NCBI GenBank assembly: GCA_964016885.1
Contig: OZ024741.1
Location: 269,824,001 to 269,888,000, forward strand
Length of the DNA stretch: 64,000 bases
Source: Eledone cirrhosa
Taxonomy: Eukaryota
Direction: 5' to 3'
Shown here: positions 57,901 to 64,000 of the stretch, one piece after another
How positions within the stretch are numbered: the stretch's first letter is position 1
Layout: each line of letters opens with the position of its first letter
Translations under genes and position numbers: made by a program
Notes under the pieces: model-generated
What the model was told of the DNA's origin: nothing
Databases searched by the model: none
What the model saw: only the letters and a program-made list of their open reading frames with translations

Positions 57901-58048
57901 GTTAAATAATAAATAAATCAACTAATACCTTAACACTTCACACAAAGTAAAATATTTCGTTTTAATCATGTTCTAACCCAGAAAAAAGAGAGAAACAAAA
58001 AGGAAAAAAAAATATTTTTCTTCCTAATAATCGTCTCTTTCTCCCTGT

Positions 58049-58100
<52 letters not shown>

Positions 58101-58116
58101 TAAAATAACAGATTAA

Positions 58117-58168
58117 AGTTTAAGCAAAGAATCGCTGCTTTCACCCTTAACGGGTTCTTCTGAAACTA
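58117..58168 (-). ncRNA. Hammerhead motif, CAGAAGA (U4A) core, in the inverted pLTR
   Basis: Minus strand reads AGTTT-CAGAAGA-ACCC-GTTAA-GGGT-GAAA-GCA-GCGATTCTT-TGC-TT-AAACT. Confidence 0.75.
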
Positions 58169-59186
58169 ACAAAGTCAATCTGTAAACGCGGAACTGGATA
58201 TTTAAAAAAACGTTGCAACCGGAGGAAGACAGGAAGACGATACTTTGGTTCATGGTGACGTTCGCTGGCAAAGAACGGGAAAAAACGAATAATACGTCAT
58301 TAATAGGAGCGGTGAAAAACTATTACGCGCAAAGACAGAACCACGTTTATGGTATAAAAGAGGTCGTAGACTAATGTTCTCTAAGTGGTGCATAGAGACG
58401 TTCTCTGGCAATGAACGAAAAAAACGAAGATAATAAGTCATATGTGGATCGTGGAGAACAATAGCACGCAAAGACAAAACCACGTAAATGGTATAGCAGA
58501 AGTTGTAGACTAAAATTCTAACTAGGAGACCGAAGGAATCTCCGCTACAGAGTTAAGAACAAAGTAAATAAATACAATACAGAAGTAATAGAAACAAATA
58601 AATACATACGCGCAAACAGATACGTACATACACAAGCATACGCAAAACCTTACCATAGGTATACAAAACCACGCACATATAAATATGTGTATGTGTGTAT
58701 GCTTGTGTACAAATAAATAAATAATTGTATAAACGTATATAAGTAAATAAATATGTATATAACAAGCGCACACACATACCTACAAATAAATACACGAAGG
58801 TTCGGAGACGTAAGTCAACTAAAACAAGAAGTACACATATACACACACCCACCATACGTACGAACCTGCATACTCACGCAGACGCAAAACTCCCATATAC
58901 ACATAACCAAACCCTAAATACCAGAATATGTAAAAATTATACGCCATAACAGTCAAATATACGTACGAGAAGGTATACATATCTTCACAAAACATACGGG
59001 TAATATATACTTACCTATGCAATTGCTTAAACTTTAATCTGTTATTTTAATAAATATTTGCTCTTCGGTTCTTATATATCTGATATATATTTTCCTTATC
59101 GAGCCCTCTTTGGATTTTAGTCTTCAATTTTATTATTATTACTATTTGGCTCCTTCGGTTGAGCACTCTACTGACTTATATTCATC

Positions 59187-61316
59187 ATGCAGAAACAACA
59201 TCTGAATATTTCTACAAAGAACATACCCGTACCAAGCAGGAAAACATACCTAAAACTCCTGATACAGAAAACAGACGCGTTCATTAAAAGGTTGCGTTGG
59301 CGTGCCTTTTATTTCGATAATCCGCGAAAAGCAGACAACAAACAGGACAAATTTGGATTTAAAACCTATAATAACCCTCCGTGGAACCCAGCATTGCTAC
59401 CCTTCGAAAATGATGTCTTGGAACTCATTCGGAGTATCAAATTTCGGAATAGGAGCAATTCCTTCCAGCAAGACCTGAAGAATAGAATTCGTTCTATTAA
59501 GAATTCTAACGCCGTGCACGTCCATTCCGACAAAACTGGCAACCTATATCAAATGGAGCGCAGTACTTACCATCAACTACTACATAATGCTGTAACTAAG
59601 GATTACCGTAAAACTAATCGGTGTGTCATCAATGAAATCAACGATGCTGGGTTTAAAATCACATCTGATCTCAACATCCTGGACCGGACCGAACCTCTGG
59701 ACCCTATCTCTCCCCACTTTACCCTGAAGGATCACAAATCCAATTTTCCGAACAACCCCTCTATTCGGCTTATTAACCCTACGAAGTCCGATTTAGGTAG
59801 ACTTAGTAAAACGATTCTTGATAGAATTATACCTGAAATTAGAAGTTTGGCCCCTCTCGCACTGTGGAACAATTCTTTCGCGGTGATTGATTGGTTCAAC
59901 GGCATATGTAACAAGGAACATTGCCGTTTTATCCAATTCGACATCAACAATTACTACTCCTCCATCACTTTACCACTTCTCCTTAGAGCTATCAATTTCG
60001 CTAAAACACTCACAGTGGTTAAGGATTTCGAAGTTGATGTCATCCTTAATGCCCGAAAGTCGGTGATTAATTTCGACGACTCTATTTGGATTAAAAAATC
60101 CAATAGTACCCCATCCGACGTGAGTATGGGCGCCAGTGACTCTGCGGAGATTACTGATCTTATTAGCCTTTTCCTTCTTTTCTCTATCAAGGACGAATTC
60201 CCCAACGCGGGTGGTGGTTTGTACCGTGACGATGGTCTTTTGACCATGACTAAGTGTGGACCTCGTGCTTGTGACAGATTCAGAAAAGAACTCACAGCCT
60301 TCTTTAAAGGCTTCAACCTCTCTATACAGGTTGAGGCCAATCTCTCGGTCGTTAATTACCTCGACGTTACCCTCAATTTATTGACTGGGTTGTATTACCC
60401 GTATAGAAAGCCGAATGATACGCTTAATTACATAAGTAAGCATTCCAACCATCCTGCCAGCATAACCAAGAACCTGGTAAAAAACGTTTCGTTGAGGCTT
60501 TCCCGTCTTTCCACCAACGAGCGCATTTTCAACGACCATTCCACTTATTACAATGAAGCTCTTGCTCGAAGTGGATTTGTCGATAAGGTAGCATATACAG
60601 AGTACGGGAATAGACCTAGAAGAAATAGATCCCGTCGCATTTGTTGGTTTAACCCACCGTATAATATGGAGGTGGCCACACCATTAGCTAAGATCTTTCT
60701 TTCCCTTATTACGAAGCATTTTCCCCCTACACATAAATATAGTAAAATTTTTAATAGAAACACTATTAAAATTTCTTACTCTACGACTCCTAACCTTGCA
60801 CATAACATCACAGCTTCAAATTTAGCTAAACTACCTAGCTGTAGGAACACGTGCAACCCTGTAGTTAGTACTAACTGTAATTGTAGGAATCGGGCTGATT
60901 GTCCCCTATCCAGGAAATGCCTCTCTAGTAACATTGTTTACAAATGTAAGGTTGTAACACCCACGTCCCGTAGGGCCTACATAGGGTTAACCGCCAATAG
61001 TTTCAAGCAGCGTCTTTACATGCATACCCATTCTTTTCGTTACCCTCTAAGAAGGAATATGACGTCACTTTCAGCTTATATCTGGAGTCTAAAAGACAAC
61101 CACACCCAATATAAGTTACACTGGGAGATCCTAGCTAGGGCTAGATCGTATAACGGAAATAAAAGACCAAGTGACCTCTGCGCCACTGAGGTCCTGGAAA
61201 TACTCTACGCCACAGACCACATCTTAAACAAAAAATCTGAGGCAATTTCGGCTTGTAAACATAAATTGCACAAAACTTTCCTGTATTACAGTCCCACGTT
61301 ATACCCTAACGGATAG
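59187..61316 (+). CDS. PLE polyprotein: reverse transcriptase plus GIY-YIG endonuclease, 709 aa
   Basis: Uninterrupted ORF with STKNIPVP..FIKRLRWRAFYF, FIQFDINNYY, DVSMG, GLYRDDGL, VNYLDVTL, WFNPPY, CNCRNRADCPL and NIVYKC..YIGLT..FKQR. Confidence 0.93.
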   Translation: MQKQHLNISTKNIPVPSRKTYLKLLIQKTDAFIKRLRWRAFYFDNPRKADNKQDKFGFKTYNNPPWNPALLPFENDVLELIRSIKFRNRSNSFQQDLKNRIRSIKNSNAVHVHSDKTGNLYQMERSTYHQLLHNAVTKDYRKTNRCVINEINDAGFKITSDLNILDRTEPLDPISPHFTLKDHKSNFPNNPSIRLINPTKSDLGRLSKTILDRIIPEIRSLAPLALWNNSFAVIDWFNGICNKEHCRFIQFDINNYYSSITLPLLLRAINFAKTLTVVKDFEVDVILNARKSVINFDDSIWIKKSNSTPSDVSMGASDSAEITDLISLFLLFSIKDEFPNAGGGLYRDDGLLTMTKCGPRACDRFRKELTAFFKGFNLSIQVEANLSVVNYLDVTLNLLTGLYYPYRKPNDTLNYISKHSNHPASITKNLVKNVSLRLSRLSTNERIFNDHSTYYNEALARSGFVDKVAYTEYGNRPRRNRSRRICWFNPPYNMEVATPLAKIFLSLITKHFPPTHKYSKIFNRNTIKISYSTTPNLAHNITASNLAKLPSCRNTCNPVVSTNCNCRNRADCPLSRKCLSSNIVYKCKVVTPTSRRAYIGLTANSFKQRLYMHTHSFRYPLRRNMTSLSAYIWSLKDNHTQYKLHWEILARARSYNGNKRPSDLCATEVLEILYATDHILNKKSEAISACKHKLHKTFLYYSPTLYPNG

Positions 61317-62243
61317 CACGATCTATACGTGGATATTTTACGTCTTGATGTGGGAGCTAAGTATATGTTTTGTTTATTCCTTTACTTATTTGCATAGGTA
61401 AGTATATATTACCCGTATGTTTTGTGAAGATATGTATACCTTCTCGTACGTATATTTGACTGTTATGGCGTATAATTTTTACATATTCTGGTATTTAGGG
61501 TTTGGTTATGTGTATATGGGAGTTTTGCGTCTGCGTGAGTATGCAGGTTCGTACGTATGGTGGGTGTGTGTATATGTGTACTTCTTGTTTTAGTTGACTT
61601 ACGTCTCCGAACCTTCGTGTATTTATTTGTAGGTATGTGTGTGCGCTTGTTATATACGTATTTATTTACTTATATACGTTTATATAATTATTTATTTATT
61701 TGTACACAAGCATACACACATACACATATTTATATGTGCGTCGTTTTGTATACCTATGGTAAGGTTTTGCGTATGCTTGTGTATGTACGTATCTGTTTGC
61801 GTGTATGTATTTATTTGTTTCTATTACTTCTGTATTGTATTTATTTACTTTGTTCTTAACTCTGTAGCGGAGATTCATTCGGTCTCCTAGTTAGAATTTT
61901 AGTCTACAACTTCTGCTATACCATTTACGTAGTTTTGTCTTTGCGTGCTATTGTTCTCCACGCTCCACATATGACTTATTATCTTCGTTTTTTCGTTCAT
62001 TACCAGAGAACGTCTCTATGCACCACTTGGAGAACATTAGTCTACGACCTCTTTTATACCATAAATGTGGTTCTGTCTTTGCGCGTAATAGTTTTTCACC
62101 GCTCCTATTAATGACGTATTATTCGTTTTTTCCCGTTCTTTGCCAGCGAACGTCACCATGAACCAAAGTATCGTCTTCCTGTCTTCCTCCGGTTGCAACG
62201 TTTTTTGAAATATCCAGTTCTGCGTTTACAGATTGACTTTGTT

Positions 62244-62294
62244 AGTTTCAGAAGATCCCGTTAAGGGTGAAAGCAGCGATTCTTTGCTTAAACT
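62244..62294 (+). ncRNA. Hammerhead motif, CAGAAGA (U4A) core, in the 3' pLTR
   Basis: AGTTT-CAGAAGA-TCCC-GTTAA-GGGT-GAAA-GCA-GCGATTCTT-TGC-TT-AAACT; predicted cleavage after 62289. Confidence 0.75.
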
Positions 62295-62400
62295 TTAATC
62301 TGTTATTTTAATAAATATTTGCTCTTCGGTTCTTATATATCTGATATATATTTTCCTTATCGAGCCCTCTTTGGATTTTAGTCTTCAATTTTATTATTAT

Positions 62401-62493
<93 letters not shown>

Positions 62494-62498
<5 letters not shown>

Positions 62499-62730
62499 TA
62501 ATTAAAATGACAGATTAAAGTTTAAGCAAAGAATCGCTGCTTAACGGGATCTTCTGAAACTGGTTAGTTTCAGAAGATCACGTTAAGGGTGAAAGCAGCT
62601 ATTCTTTGCTTAAACTTTAATCTGTTATTTTAATAAATATTTGATCTACGGCTCTTATATATTTGATATATATTTATCCTTATCGAGCCCTCTTTGGATT
62701 TTAGTCTTCAAATTTATTATTATTACTATA
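62494..62730. mobile_element. Solo hairpin pLTR of the same Naiad-like family (inverted plus direct HHR-containing ends)
   Basis: 62494-62560 matches 58094-58167 with a small deletion; 62562-62730 matches 62241-62406. Confidence 0.8.
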
Positions 62731-62779
62731 TATATAAACACACACACAAATATATATATATATATAAACACACACACAC

Positions 62780-62869
<90 letters not shown>

Positions 62870-62912
62870 TTTCTGAATTTGTTTAGCAAGATTCTTTATC
62901 TGAAAACGTCTG

Positions 62913-64000
62913 TTGAAACCGATATTGTTATACTTTGGGAGGGTCATGTTGCCAATAAGAAACACACGCACCAGTTGTTTTCACTCCAATTTATTATAAA
63001 TTAAATTTATAAATTTAAGAATTTATAAATTTCCGGTTGGTTGGTTGGTTCCATAACCGGACGGTTGTTCATATATTGTCAAAGTTCTTTCGTCACACAT
63101 TCTGTGACCTCTTCAGTGACTGGGGATTCTTTTCTTTTTTTTGTGCCTCTCCTTTGTTCTGTCCTACGCCATCTTGTTTTTGTGTGTGTTGTGTGCTTAG
63201 TTTGCGCATGTGTTACATCCGGGTGTCTGTGTGTGTTTTTATTTGTTTATTTATTTGTTTATTTATTTATTTGTTTATTTACATGTTACTGGTTGGTTAT
63301 TTGTTCTATGTGTGCGTGTGTTTTCATTTTGTCCTTAATTGTAAGTTGTGACGTACATACATATATGTGTACAGACGTACAGTAGTATTTCTATGTATAC
63401 ATACATGCACACATATATATATATGTACGTATGGGTTTACCGAACATTTATTATAATGTTCTTTTCCATATTCCATTCATGTTTTCTATTTAATTTTGGT
63501 TGGAGTTCATTTATGTTTATTGCTTCTGTGATTGTCTAAACATTGCGTCTTTTCTGTGTGTAGATTCTATTTTTATTTCTATGTTCTCTAATTTTCCCTT
63601 ATGTTCTATTTTAGCATGTTGGTGGAGTATTGATGTTTCTTTTTTATCTTGAAGCTCTCGCCAGTGTTCATTTAATCGTTCTCCTATACTACGAGCTGTC
63701 TCACCTATGTGCACTATATTCTTATCTTTACATTGTCCTTCAGTACATCTTATGCTATATACTACATTTCTAGTTTTACAGTTAATATGGGGGCTTAGTT
63801 TACAGATTATGCATTTCTTATCTATACAGGGAGGCCTTTGAAAACGGTATGTATTACTAATAAGTGTTTTTATGGAGGTACCTGGTCTTTCTACTATCTT
63901 AATATTAAGTTTAAGTTTATCTAGGGCCCTTCTAAATTTGTAAGCTAATTCACCTCTAGGGGTTTTATTGAGGAACATTACACTCTGGTATTTATTGCTA
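62913..64000 (-). mobile_element. PLE family P1, 3' portion (GIY-YIG), running off the window end
   Basis: CIDKKCIIC..HINCKTRNVVYSIRC..HIGETARSIGERLNEH. The 3' UTR motif ATGACCCTCCC.AAGTATAACAATA is shared with about 8596. Confidence 0.87.
63077..63121 (-). ncRNA. Minimal type I hammerhead ribozyme motif
   Basis: Minus strand reads GTCA-CTGAAGA-G-GTCACA-GAATG-TGTGAC-GAAA-GAAC-TT-TGAC; stems I and II pair perfectly. Confidence 0.82.

Larger units (their letters stand above)
58094..62406 (+). mobile_element. Full-length Penelope-like element (Naiad-like) with inverted 5' pLTR (58094-59022), partial direct pLTR (59023-59145) and 3' pLTR, inserted in (TA)n
   Basis: 58094-59022 is the reverse complement of about 61390-62318 with few substitutions; 59023-59145 matches 62284-62406; there is a single long ORF. 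Confidence 0.93.

Noticed and set aside
59187-61400. Selenoprotein-type Naiad (UGA read-through plus SECIS)
   Set aside because: The ORF has no in-frame TGA and ends in TAG; no SECIS was recognised.
58522-61890. Duplicated approximately 100-aa hydrophobic ORFs on opposite strands
   Set aside because: They are a by-product of the inverted pLTR and its TA/TG-rich UTR.

Overview
Repeat-saturated, AT-rich eukaryotic DNA with no host gene that I can support. The SINE families and the microsatellite load suggest a cephalopod (Octopus-like) genome; that assignment is an inference. Nearly all long ORFs in the track are translations of simple repeats. The real content is transposable elements. There is one uninterrupted Penelope-like element (PLE; RT plus GIY-YIG, Naiad-like, 709 aa) with inverted and partial direct pseudo-LTRs (pLTRs), and five decayed PLEs of at least three families. 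There are also R4/Dong-like, CRE-like and RTE LINE fragments, tRNA-derived SINEs, Helitron-type and pogo-type non-autonomous elements, a decayed hAT-like transposon with nested insertions, and several satellites. The most interesting signal is non-coding: hammerhead ribozyme (HHR) motifs read by eye on both strands, several with non-canonical cores (CAGAAGA, i.e. U4A; UUGANAA, i.e. C3U/G8A). Also notable are a near-perfect 2-kb palindrome from a non-coding family with an atypical HHR-like end, a candidate HDV-like ribozyme, and a foldback element carrying two convergent tRNA-like Pol III units. All calls were made by eye, and boundaries are approximate.
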